Shown here in pieces: positions 8,737-17,063 of a stretch of 64,000 nt of DNA (the first letter of the stretch is position 1; each line of letters starts with the position of its first letter). The notes beneath the pieces are model-generated. The model worked only from the letters and a program-made list of their open reading frames with translations, was not told the origin of the DNA and ran no database searches. The stretch spans positions 495-64,494 of the forward strand of contig JBBRQL010000001.1 of assembly GCA_038226425.1 (NCBI GenBank), read 5' to 3'. The position numbers were made by a program, and so were the translations under genes. This DNA is from Verrucomicrobiota bacterium (GTDB taxonomy: Bacteria > Verrucomicrobiota > Verrucomicrobiia > Limisphaerales > UBA9464).

Positions 8737-9975
8737 TCACTTCGCGTCGACCATAGGACCGTCGTGCGCGAGCTTCACGCCTTCCCATCGCGCCATCACC
8801 GCGGTCGCGAGGCAGTTGCCCAACAGGTTCACCGTCGTGCGGGCCATGTCCATGAGCTCGTCCACGCCGATGATGAGGGCGACGCCTTCGAGCGGCAGGC
8901 CGAACGTCACCAGTGTGCCGGCGAGGATGACTTGCGACGCGCGCGGGATGCCCGCCATGCCCTTGCTCGTGAGCATGAGCGTGATGAGCATCGTCACCTG
9001 TTGCGCGACGGTGAGCTCCACCTTGGCCGCCTGTGCCACGAAGACCGATGCGACGGCGAGATAGAGGGTGGAGCCGTCGAGGTTGAAGGAATAGCCCAGC
9101 GGCATCACGAACGAGACGATCCGCTTGGGCACGCCGAGGCCGATGAGACGCTTCATCGCGTCGGGCATCGCGGCATCCGAAGAAGTGGTGGTGAACGCCA
9201 GCAGCATCGGCTCGCGCAGCGTCGTCAGGAAACGGCGCACCGGGATTCCCGCCCACAGCGCGACCGGTAACAGAACGACGAGGCAGAACACCGCCAGTGC
9301 CGCGTAGAGCGTGAGGATGAGCTTCGCGAGGTTCAGCAGCACGCCGAGCCCGCTGTGGCCGACGGTGTACGCCATCGCCGCGCCGATGCCGATCGGCGCG
9401 AACATCATCACCAGCCCGGTGAACTTGAACATCACCTCGGTGAGCCCCTCGCAGAAATGGAGCATGTGCTCGCGCGGCTTGCCCTCGGTCTGCGCCAGCG
9501 CCACGCCGAACACGATGGCGAAGAACACCACCTGCAGCACGTCGTTCGCGGCCGCCGCCTCGAAGAAGCTCCTGGGCACGATATGCTCGATGATCCCCGA
9601 GAGCGTGACCTTGCTGGCGGTGACGCCCTCGGCGGTGCTGTGGGCCGGCAAGGTCATCCCGTCGCCGGGCCGGGTGAGGTTCACGGCGACGAGGCCGATG
9701 AGCAGCGCGAGCGTGGTCACCACCTCGAAGTAGAAGATGGATTTGAGCGCCAGTCGGCCGACCGCCTTGAGGTCGTCGCTATGGCTGGCGATGCCGACCA
9801 CCAAGGTGCCGAACACCAGCGGCACCAGGATGCACTTGATCGCCTTGAGGAAGATGTTCGAGAACAGCTTGAGGTGCTGCGCTTCCGCCGGGAACAACCA
9901 GCCGACGAGCCCGCCGACGAGCATCGAGATGAGGATCCAATGGGTCAGCGAGATCCGGCGCAGGAACTGCCACAT
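8737..9975 (-). CDS. dicarboxylate/amino acid:cation symporter (DAACS family, GltP/DctA-like)
   Basis: 412 aa, polytopic, with FTTTSSDAAMP, MPLGYSFNLDGSTLY, LTSKGMAGIPRAS and DELMDMARTTVNLLGN. Confidence 0.9.
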   Translation of the reverse strand: MWQFLRRISLTHWILISMLVGGLVGWLFPAEAQHLKLFSNIFLKAIKCILVPLVFGTLVVGIASHSDDLKAVGRLALKSIFYFEVVTTLALLIGLVAVNLTRPGDGMTLPAHSTAEGVTASKVTLSGIIEHIVPRSFFEAAAANDVLQVVFFAIVFGVALAQTEGKPREHMLHFCEGLTEVMFKFTGLVMMFAPIGIGAAMAYTVGHSGLGVLLNLAKLILTLYAALAVFCLVVLLPVALWAGIPVRRFLTTLREPMLLAFTTTSSDAAMPDAMKRLIGLGVPKRIVSFVMPLGYSFNLDGSTLYLAVASVFVAQAAKVELTVAQQVTMLITLMLTSKGMAGIPRASQVILAGTLVTFGLPLEGVALIIGVDELMDMARTTVNLLGNCLATAVMARWEGVKLAHDGPMVDAK

Positions 9976-10071
9976 GCGTGGTAGCGTGCCGTGCGGGCGA
10001 CGGGTCGCACAACCCTTAGGTGCCGGGGAAGTCGGGAAAGTCGCCGATGGCCCGTGGCTGGCGGTCTGCCG

Positions 10072-10302
10072 TCAGTCTCTGCGGAACCACCAATCCACGA
10101 CACCGCGCCAGAAGTCGTCGCCAAACCGGACGGCCAGCCAACCGCAGACGACGGCCGTGAGGCCGACTGCTGCCCAGCTCCAGCCGCCGAAAGTGGTCAC
10201 CCTCATGCCGATCTGGCCGAAAGCGATGATTGCGCCGCCGACAAGGCCGCAGACGAAGCGGAGACGTTTCTCGAAGAGATCATGCTTCGGGGCGGGAAAC
10301 AT
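10072..10302 (-). CDS. small hypothetical membrane protein (two predicted TM helices)
   Basis: 76-aa ORF lying between two co-oriented genes. It has hydrophobic stretches FVCGLVGGAIIAFGQIG and WSWAAVGLTAVVCGWLAV. No family was recognised. Confidence 0.45.
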   Translation of the reverse strand: MFPAPKHDLFEKRLRFVCGLVGGAIIAFGQIGMRVTTFGGWSWAAVGLTAVVCGWLAVRFGDDFWRGVVDWWFRRD

Positions 10303-10379
10303 GGCTCGCGGAGCGGATGAAGCGTCGACCGGTCGGCGGACGCCCGATGCTCAGACGTCCGGCAGGGGCCCTGCCTCGC

Positions 10380-12233
10380 TCACTTCGCGTTCGGGCCGAA
10401 AGCCCGGATGTTGAACCCTTGCGTGTCCCATGAGCCGGCGTAGACGGTCATGCCGAAGTGCCCGGCGATCTGTTCGAAGGGCGGCAGCAGCGTGGCATCG
10501 AACCACTCGTCCATCGCCTTCGTGGATTTCGGGTTGCTGCCCGGGACCATCTTGCCGAGCCCGCCGCCTTGGCGGAGCGCTTCCCACATCGCGCGTGTGG
10601 TCTCGCGCTGGTCCTGGTAGCCGAAAAGCCCCGTGCCCATGCCGCCGACCTTCTGCGCCGCCTCGGCGAGGCCCGGAGCATCCTTGAGCGGCTTGCCGCC
10701 GCCTTCGGCGCTGCGGAGATATTCTTCCAGCACCGCCGGGCTGCTGCCCATCGCGACGAACCCGCCGCTGGCCGCGACCTCGAGCAGCTTGCTGTCGGGC
10801 TGGCCGGGCGTGCCCATCTTGAGGCCGAAGATCTTCTTCCCGTTGAACTCGCGTTCCTTCGGGTCCTCGCCGCCGGTCGGCAACAGGCCGGCGGCCGCCT
10901 TGAAGCCCGAGGCGAGCTGGTCGGCGTTGCCGGAGCCGAGCAGCGTGAGGCCGGGCGGTTCGGAGAGCTCGGCCATCGTCTTGCCCTTCGGCGCCTTCTC
11001 GAAGGTCACGAAGTCGTCGCCGAGATTCCCGACGAAGGCTTTCTTGAAATCGAAGTTCGGGTCCTTGTCTTTGCCCAGCGCGCTGATCGACATCTGGAGG
11101 AACCCGCCGAGCTGCGGCGAGACCTCCGACAACATCGATTCGAGCGCGGCCCAGGTCTTCTGCCCGTTGAGCCGCCAACGTTGGAACTTCACCGCGTCCG
11201 CCGGCACGAAGGCGGGCGGCGCGGCGTCCTTCGGCTCGAAGGCGAACAGCTTGAAGAGGCCGGTCCGCTTGGCCTCGGGGATGCCGGCGGCGAAGATACC
11301 GAAGCTGCCCTCGGGCGTCTGCTGGGCGGAGAAGGCGAGGCTGCGCAGGCCGTCGATGCCGAACGCCGCGAGCGCCTTCCTCGGGTCGATGCCCAACGCG
11401 GCCGCCTGCGGTCGCAGCATGTCGGCGCCGGCCCCGAGCACGCCGGAGACGGCGGCGATGTTCACCCAGCCGAACGCGTACGAGCCGCGGAAGGAAGCGG
11501 CCTTCTCGCTGCCCTGGAACTCCGCGGTGTCGGCGACCGACGGCACCGATCCGCCGGTGAGCTTGGCGACGACCTTCTCGATCGCCTTGATCGAATCACC
11601 GACCACCAGCGCGGAATCGACCTGTCCGAAGGTCAGCTCCGTCTTCTTCGGCGTCTTGCCGTCCTTGTCGTCGTCATCGTCCTCGTTCTCCTTGGACTTG
11701 GGAGCATCCGCCTTCGGCTTCGGCGGATCGATCACGACGGTGGTGAACTCCACGTCGCGGATCTTCTCGGTCTTCAGCGGGCGCTTGGCCTCGGTCAGCT
11801 TCTGGCGCGCCTCCGCGAGCTTGGCCTTGAGCTGTTCCGACTTGTCCTTGGCGTCGAGCACGAGCACGACGGCCGGCTCGGTCTTGTCGTCGGCCAGGTT
11901 CCATCCGTTCTGGAGCAGCGCGACAGAGAGCTGGCCCTGGAGCAACGGGAGATAATCGGCCGTCTTGATGCCGAGCTCTTTCTCGAGGTCGCCGAGCACC
12001 TTCTCCGTGAACTTCGCCTCCAGCTTGTCGCGGAACGGCTTCATCGCCGGATCGGCCCACAGCTTGCCGTAGTTGCCGCCGTCGAACGCGGCCTTGGCTT
12101 CGGTCCATGCCGGGACGGTGACGAGCACCAAGGTGTCCTGCGGAAAGAGCTGGGCCGGCGGCGGAACAGCGGCGAAGGACCATGACAACGAAGCGGCTGC
12201 GACGATCGCGAGGAGAGGAAAGCGGAGTTTCAT
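10380..12233 (-). CDS. secreted hypothetical protein with acidic/lysine-rich linker
   Basis: 617 aa. Signal peptide MKLRFPLLAIVAAASLSWSFAA. The composition looks coding, and there is a central KSKENEDDDDDKDGKTPKK tract. No family was recognised by eye. Confidence 0.8.
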   Translation of the reverse strand: MKLRFPLLAIVAAASLSWSFAAVPPPAQLFPQDTLVLVTVPAWTEAKAAFDGGNYGKLWADPAMKPFRDKLEAKFTEKVLGDLEKELGIKTADYLPLLQGQLSVALLQNGWNLADDKTEPAVVLVLDAKDKSEQLKAKLAEARQKLTEAKRPLKTEKIRDVEFTTVVIDPPKPKADAPKSKENEDDDDDKDGKTPKKTELTFGQVDSALVVGDSIKAIEKVVAKLTGGSVPSVADTAEFQGSEKAASFRGSYAFGWVNIAAVSGVLGAGADMLRPQAAALGIDPRKALAAFGIDGLRSLAFSAQQTPEGSFGIFAAGIPEAKRTGLFKLFAFEPKDAAPPAFVPADAVKFQRWRLNGQKTWAALESMLSEVSPQLGGFLQMSISALGKDKDPNFDFKKAFVGNLGDDFVTFEKAPKGKTMAELSEPPGLTLLGSGNADQLASGFKAAAGLLPTGGEDPKEREFNGKKIFGLKMGTPGQPDSKLLEVAASGGFVAMGSSPAVLEEYLRSAEGGGKPLKDAPGLAEAAQKVGGMGTGLFGYQDQRETTRAMWEALRQGGGLGKMVPGSNPKSTKAMDEWFDATLLPPFEQIAGHFGMTVYAGSWDTQGFNIRAFGPNAK

Positions 12234-12285
12234 TCAGGAAAGGACCGGCCGGGTCGGGCGTCGTGGGAAGGTCGCGACGAAGCCG

Positions 12286-15200
12286 ATGTTGGCAAGCGGG
12301 AACTCGCGGCGGGGACCCGGTGCGCCGCCGCGCTTCGTTTGGTTCGTGCCGGCTTGCGCTCCGTGGCATGCTCCGCGGGTGCCTCCGGCCCATGGACCCG
12401 TCACACCGCCCGCTCCGGCCGTCGCCCGGGATGCCGTGCGGTCGTTGGCGTCGCCGGTGATGGTGTTGCGCGGGGTCGGACCCGAACGCGTCTTCCAGCT
12501 CGGCCGGCTCGGTATCCACACCGTCGGCGACCTGTTGCTGCACGCGCCGCGGCGATACGAGGACCGCCGGAAGTTCATCACCATCCGCGAGCTCGAGCTG
12601 GGCAAGAGCGCGACGGTCTTCGGCAAGATCATCGCCGCCGGGGTGAAGCGTTACCGCGGCGGCGCGAGGTCGGTGTACGAGTTCGTGATCGAGGACGGTT
12701 CGGCACGGCTGCATTGCCGATGGTGGAACCTGCCGTTCCTGGAACGCATCTTCGCGGTGGGCGACGAGGTCATGGTCTTCGGGAAACCGAACCTCCTGAA
12801 GCCTCGCACCATGGACCATCCCGAGACCGAGAAGGTCGAGGGCGGCGACGACGTCACGGTCCACATCAACCGCGTGGTGCCCGTCTATCCGCTCACGGAA
12901 GGACTGCCCCAGCGATCGGTGCGCAGCTTCCTATGGCGCGCGGTCGAGGAGTTCGCGGGCCAGGTGGGTGAGCCTGAACCTAGGCTGGTGCCGGTCGGAG
13001 CAGGGGGGCAGGGGAGCAGGGGGGCAGGGGAGAGCGTCCCCGTTTCTCCCCTGCCCCCTTTCTCCCCTGCTTTCTTCCCGACCCGTGCCGACGCCGTCCG
13101 CGTGCTGCATTTCCCGGCCGAGATCGCGGATGCCGAACGTGCGCGCCGTCGCTTGGCGCTCGACGAGTTCGTGGCGCTGCAGCTGGAGATCCAGCGGCGT
13201 CGGCAGAACCTGGAGCGCAACGCGCGGGCATTCCCGTGCGGCGGCGACAACCGGTTGATGAAACCGTTCCTCGCCGCGCTCGGGTTCAAGCTGACGGGAG
13301 CCCAGGTGCGGGTCCTGCGTGAGCTGCGGGCCGACCTCGCCGGCCCGGTGCCGATGCGGCGGCTGCTCCAGGGCGATGTCGGATCGGGCAAGACCGTGGT
13401 CGCCGCCGGCGCGGCGCTGATGGCGCTGGAGAGCGGATGCGACGTGGCGCTGATGGCCCCGACCGAGATCCTCGCGGCGCAGCTCCACCGCAACCTTGCC
13501 GGGTGGCTCGGACCGCTCGGCATCGCGGTCGACCTGCGCACGGGCTCCCACAGACAACGTGCTGCCAGCGTCCCGCTGGCAGCGACGAAACCGGGGCCTT
13601 CCCGGATGTCCACGACGGAATTCGCGTCGACGATGGCAGGCGAACCCTGCCGGCAAGATGCCGGCAGCACATTGTGTGATCCGTTCTTCGATCGTGGTTC
13701 CGACATCGAACGGTACCTCGGCTGGCTACCGCATTGGCGGCAGGCGGAGAAACTCTACTTCGTCACCTTCCGGCTCGAGGATTCGGTGGACCAACAGACC
13801 CTGAAGCTTTGGCAGCAGGAACGCGAGGTGTGGGAGCGCCATCATCCCAAGCCGTGGGATGACGCGGTCTGGCGGGAGCGCCAGGAACGGTTCACCCGCC
13901 GCAGCGAGGAACAGCTCGACGCCGGGCATGGTTCTTGTGCGTTGAGGCGGCCTGATGTCGGAGAGATCGTCGTGTCCGCATTGCGGCAGTTCGATGGCGA
14001 CAGGTACCAGCTGGGGGATTTCGTCGTGATGCCGAACCACGTCCATGTGCTGGTGCGGCCCGCGCCCGGACACGGGCTCGACCAGATCCTTCACTCATGG
14101 AAATCGTTCACCTCGAAAGCAGCCAACCGGAGCCTTGGACGGACCGGTGCGTTTTGGCGCGAGGAATCGTTCGACTATCTGGTGCGCAGCGAGGCGCAAT
14201 ATCAACGCTTCCGGGACTACATCTCGGAGAATCCGCGCAAAGCCTGCCTGCCCGGAGATGCCTATCGGCTTGGTGCCGGGAGTTTCACGCTTCCGTGGCC
14301 GGAACAACGTGCTGCCAGCGTCCCGCTGGCAGCGACGAAACAAGGGACTTCCCGTATGTCCATGACGGACCTCGCGTTGATGGTGCCAGGCGAGCCCTGC
14401 CGGCAAGATGCCGGCAGCACATTGGTGGTCGGGACCCATGCGTTGCTGGAGGACTCGGTCGGTCTCGGGAAGCTCGGGCTGGTCATCATCGACGAGCAGC
14501 ACAAGTTCGGCGTCGCCCAGCGCGAGACGTTGCTGCGGAAAGGCCGCGACGGCGGACGGTTCCCGCATCTGCTCGTGATGACCGCCACGCCCATCCCGCG
14601 GACGCTCGGGCTCACGCTCTACGGCGACCTGGACGTCACCTTGCTCGACGAGGTGCCGGCCGGACGCGGACGCATCCGCACGCACGTGCGCGATGCGGCG
14701 GCGCTGCCGAAGGTCTGGCAGTTCGTCCGCGCGGAGCTGGAGAAAGGTCGCCAAGCGTATGTCGTCTATCCTCGCGTGAGCGAATCCGACCGCGACGAGG
14801 TCAAGGCGGTCACGAAGGAGTTCGCCCGGGTCCAGCAAGAGCTCGCGCCGCACGGCGTGGGTCTGCTGCACGGACAGCTCCGCGCCGAGGAGAAGGACCG
14901 TGTCATGGCCGCGTTCCGGGCAGGGACGACGAAGGTCCTGGTCGCGACCAGCGTGATCGAGGTGGGCGTGGACGTGCCGAACGCCACGGTGATGCTCATC
15001 GAGGACGCCGAGCAGTTCGGGCTCGCGCAGCTCCACCAGTTGCGCGGCCGCATCGGCCGCGGCGCGCACGAATCGCACTGCATCCTCGTGGCGGAACAGA
15101 AGACCGATGCCGCGAAGGCGCGCCTGAAGGTGCTCGCGGAGACGACCGACGGGTTCGCGTTGGCCGAGGCGGACCTGCGCCTGCGCGGACCGGGCGAACT

Positions 15201-15315
15201 CATCGGCCGCCAGCAGAGCGGCGTCCCGGAGTTCCGCTTCGGCGACCTGCGCGGCGACCGCGACCTGGTCGAGCTGGCGCGCTCGCTGGTCCGGACGCAT
15301 CTGCGCGGGAAGTAG
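12286..15315 (+). CDS. recG: ATP-dependent DNA helicase RecG carrying two in-frame insertions (palindromic element; REPIN-RAYT-REPIN unit); functional status uncertain
   Basis: RecG N-terminus LRGVGPERVFQLGRLGIHTVGDLLLHAPRRYEDRR. Wedge region is present, followed by FKLTGAQVRVLREL, GDVGSGKT (motif I) and MAPTEILAAQ (Ia). After the insert come VVGTHALL, IIDEQHKFG (II), MTATPIPRT, VATSVIEVGVDVPNA and HQLRGRIGRG. The track start at 12073 overlaps the upstream gene. ATG 12286 is the first plausible start, and the true start could be as late as about 12379. Confidence 0.85.
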   Translation: MLASGNSRRGPGAPPRFVWFVPACAPWHAPRVPPAHGPVTPPAPAVARDAVRSLASPVMVLRGVGPERVFQLGRLGIHTVGDLLLHAPRRYEDRRKFITIRELELGKSATVFGKIIAAGVKRYRGGARSVYEFVIEDGSARLHCRWWNLPFLERIFAVGDEVMVFGKPNLLKPRTMDHPETEKVEGGDDVTVHINRVVPVYPLTEGLPQRSVRSFLWRAVEEFAGQVGEPEPRLVPVGAGGQGSRGAGESVPVSPLPPFSPAFFPTRADAVRVLHFPAEIADAERARRRLALDEFVALQLEIQRRRQNLERNARAFPCGGDNRLMKPFLAALGFKLTGAQVRVLRELRADLAGPVPMRRLLQGDVGSGKTVVAAGAALMALESGCDVALMAPTEILAAQLHRNLAGWLGPLGIAVDLRTGSHRQRAASVPLAATKPGPSRMSTTEFASTMAGEPCRQDAGSTLCDPFFDRGSDIERYLGWLPHWRQAEKLYFVTFRLEDSVDQQTLKLWQQEREVWERHHPKPWDDAVWRERQERFTRRSEEQLDAGHGSCALRRPDVGEIVVSALRQFDGDRYQLGDFVVMPNHVHVLVRPAPGHGLDQILHSWKSFTSKAANRSLGRTGAFWREESFDYLVRSEAQYQRFRDYISENPRKACLPGDAYRLGAGSFTLPWPEQRAASVPLAATKQGTSRMSMTDLALMVPGEPCRQDAGSTLVVGTHALLEDSVGLGKLGLVIIDEQHKFGVAQRETLLRKGRDGGRFPHLLVMTATPIPRTLGLTLYGDLDVTLLDEVPAGRGRIRTHVRDAAALPKVWQFVRAELEKGRQAYVVYPRVSESDRDEVKAVTKEFARVQQELAPHGVGLLHGQLRAEEKDRVMAAFRAGTTKVLVATSVIEVGVDVPNATVMLIEDAEQFGLAQLHQLRGRIGRGAHESHCILVAEQKTDAAKARLKVLAETTDGFALAEADLRLRGPGELIGRQQSGVPEFRFGDLRGDRDLVELARSLVRTHLRGK
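12999..13071. repeat. G-rich/C-rich palindromic element inside recG (tandem 16-mer x2 plus inverted copy)
   Basis: agcaggggggcagggg occurs at 12999-13014 and again at 13015-13030. A perfect 13-bp stem ggggcaggggaga (13021-13033) / tctcccctgcccc (13045-13057) has an 11-nt loop. The element is translated in frame as GAGGQGSRGAGESVPVSPLPPFSPAF. Confidence 0.75.
13554..13674 (+). repeat. REPIN-like repeat copy 1 (two hairpins in inverted orientation)
   Basis: Hairpin A is gctgccagcg-tcc-cgctggcagc (13561-13583, 10-bp stem). Hairpin B is ctgccggca-aga-tgccggcag (13647-13667, 9-bp stem). The termini gtgctgcc.../...ggcagcac are inverted relative to each other. Confidence 0.8.
14304..14424 (+). repeat. 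REPIN-like repeat copy 2
   Basis: Same length as copy 1 with no indels. By hand alignment there are 12 mismatches, all in the central spacer. The first 37 nt and last 36 nt, which include both hairpins, are identical. Confidence 0.8.
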
Positions 15316-15345
15316 CGGACGGCGGCGACTTCGGCACCGGATCGG

Positions 15346-15882
15346 TCACAAGGCGCGGCGCATCCGGACGAACGGGATGGTGAGGCCGTCCGGCAACGGA
15401 GCGTCGATCCGTTCGACCGCGACGAACCCGTGCGCGGCGTAGAGGCGCTCGCCGGGCAAGGTCGCGACCAGTTGGGCGTCTCGGAAACCGGCGACCGCGG
15501 CGGCGTACATGCTCGCCCGGAGCACCATCGAGCCGATGCCTTGGCGCGCTCGCTCCGGCGCGACGAAGAAGGCGCGGATCCGGGCCGGCTCGGTCGCTGG
15601 ATCGAGCAACGGGTCTTCGGCGGACTTCATCTGGTCGCCCCCGTAGAGAGTGCGCCGCCGGCTCCAGCCGCCGCATCCGACGAGGCCCGGAGCGTCGGTG
15701 ACCACGAAGTAGGTGCCGTCGTCGATCAGCCGGGTGTCCGGTCCGAAGACATGACGGATGGCGCTCTCGATCTGGGCCGGAGAATAGCACGTCCGGCCCA
15801 AGGCGCGGACCGAGCGCGGGATCAGCTCCCGGATCGCTGGAAGATCCGCTGCGGTCGCGAGACGGAGGGCCGGGCCTGACAT
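15346..15882 (-). CDS. GNAT family N-acetyltransferase
   Basis: 178 aa with the acetyl-CoA motif region FFVAPERARQGIGSMVL and YAAHGFVAVE. Confidence 0.85.
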   Translation of the reverse strand: MSGPALRLATAADLPAIRELIPRSVRALGRTCYSPAQIESAIRHVFGPDTRLIDDGTYFVVTDAPGLVGCGGWSRRRTLYGGDQMKSAEDPLLDPATEPARIRAFFVAPERARQGIGSMVLRASMYAAAVAGFRDAQLVATLPGERLYAAHGFVAVERIDAPLPDGLTIPFVRMRRAL

Positions 15883-15898
15883 CGGGTCGTGGGATGTT

Positions 15899-17011
15899 TC
15901 ACGCGCGCCGGGTCATCCGGCGTTTCATCCATCCGGCGTTCAGCTGGTCGAGCAGCACCGCGAGGATGACCACGGCGCCGATGATGATCTGCGAATAGCT
16001 CTGGTCGATGCCGACGATGACGATGCCGCTGTTGATCATCTGGATCACGAGCGCGCCGAGCAGCGCGCCGAGGGCCGAGCCCTTGCCGCCGTTCAGGCTC
16101 GCACCGCCGACGACCGCGGCGGCGATGACGTTGAGCTCGTAGCCTTGGCCGTCACCGCTCGTGGCGGCTCCGTAGTAGCCGAGCGAGAGGAGCGCCGCGA
16201 GGCCCGCGGCCAAGCCCGCGAAGAGGAACACGCCCAGCTTCACCCGTGCGACGCGGATGCCGCTGAACCGGCTGGCGAGCTCGTTGCCGCCGACCGCGTA
16301 GATGCGCCGTCCGGCGGACGCCCGTGCCAAGTAAATCCCTCCGGCGACCGCGACCAGCAGCATCACGACCAGCGGGACCAAGGTGAGCCCGCCGGCCGTC
16401 TCCCATTTCACCAGGTCGCGGAACGGCGCCGGGAACCCGCCGATGCTCTGGCCCTTCGTCACCACGAACGCGACGCCGCGGAACATCGCCATCGTCCCGA
16501 GCGTGATGATGAACGGGTGGACGCCGAGGCCCACGATCATTCCCCCGTTGAGCAGGCCGCACACCGCGCCGACGCCGAGGCAGGAGAGCGCACCGAGCCA
16601 GGTCCCGGCGATGGGCCAATCCGCGTGCCCGCCTTCGGGTCCGGCCATGCGGAACACGAGCGCGCCGAGCACGCTGGCCAACGCGTAGGTCGCGCCGACC
16701 GAAAGATCGATCTGGCCGGCGATGACCACGAACGTCATGCCCACGGCCATGATGGCGATGAAACTCGTGTCCTTGGCCAACTGGGCGAGGTTCTGGGCGT
16801 TGAGGAATTTGTTGCGGTCGTCGAAGACCGGCGTCTTGTCGCCGTTCGCGTCGGTGGTGAAGACCCGTTGCCGGGTGCCGTCCGCCTGGAGCTCGAGCCG
16901 GGGCAGGCGGACGGATCCGCCGAAGACCGAGAGCAGTGCCCCGAGCAGGAGGATGACGAGCACGAGCCCTCCTTCCTGGAGCCGGAACGCTGGACGGAAC
17001 GGACGGGACAT
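15899..17011 (-). CDS. ABC transporter permease (ribose/xylose-type, BPD_transp_2-like)
   Basis: The real start is ATG 17011 (MSRPFRPAFRLQEGGLVLVILLLGALL), inside the 454-aa track ORF. Motifs include AIMAVGMTFVVIAGQIDLSVGA, ITLGTMAMFRG and VVGGASLNGGKGS. No ATPase or binding-protein gene is adjacent. Confidence 0.85.
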   Translation of the reverse strand: MSRPFRPAFRLQEGGLVLVILLLGALLSVFGGSVRLPRLELQADGTRQRVFTTDANGDKTPVFDDRNKFLNAQNLAQLAKDTSFIAIMAVGMTFVVIAGQIDLSVGATYALASVLGALVFRMAGPEGGHADWPIAGTWLGALSCLGVGAVCGLLNGGMIVGLGVHPFIITLGTMAMFRGVAFVVTKGQSIGGFPAPFRDLVKWETAGGLTLVPLVVMLLVAVAGGIYLARASAGRRIYAVGGNELASRFSGIRVARVKLGVFLFAGLAAGLAALLSLGYYGAATSGDGQGYELNVIAAAVVGGASLNGGKGSALGALLGALVIQMINSGIVIVGIDQSYSQIIIGAVVILAVLLDQLNAGWMKRRMTRRA

Positions 17012-17063
17012 GCCCGACGCTAACGGCGCGGAGGGCGGAGCGACAACGGCCAATCGGTCCAGG

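Larger units (their letters stand above)
13554..14424 (+). mobile_element. REPIN-RAYT-REPIN unit: REP-associated tyrosine (Y1/HUH) transposase-like domain flanked by 121-bp direct repeats, in frame within recG
   Basis: Codons 13675-14303 give DIERYLGWLPHWRQAEKLYFVTFRLEDSV, VVMPNHVHVLV (HUH) and AFWREESFDYLVRSEAQYQRFRDYISENP (Tyr region; IS200/RAYT-like pattern). There is no stop codon of its own. The flanking repeats are listed separately. Confidence 0.75.

Noticed and set aside
13552-14424. Intein as the explanation for the in-frame insert in recG
   Set aside because: There is no Cys/Ser/Thr at the N-terminal junction (the insert begins RQRAAS...). There is no His-Asn followed by Cys/Ser/Thr at the C-terminal junction (...AGSTL|VVGTH). 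No Hint or LAGLIDADG-type blocks are present. The insert instead shows HUH and Tyr motifs and is flanked by DNA repeats.
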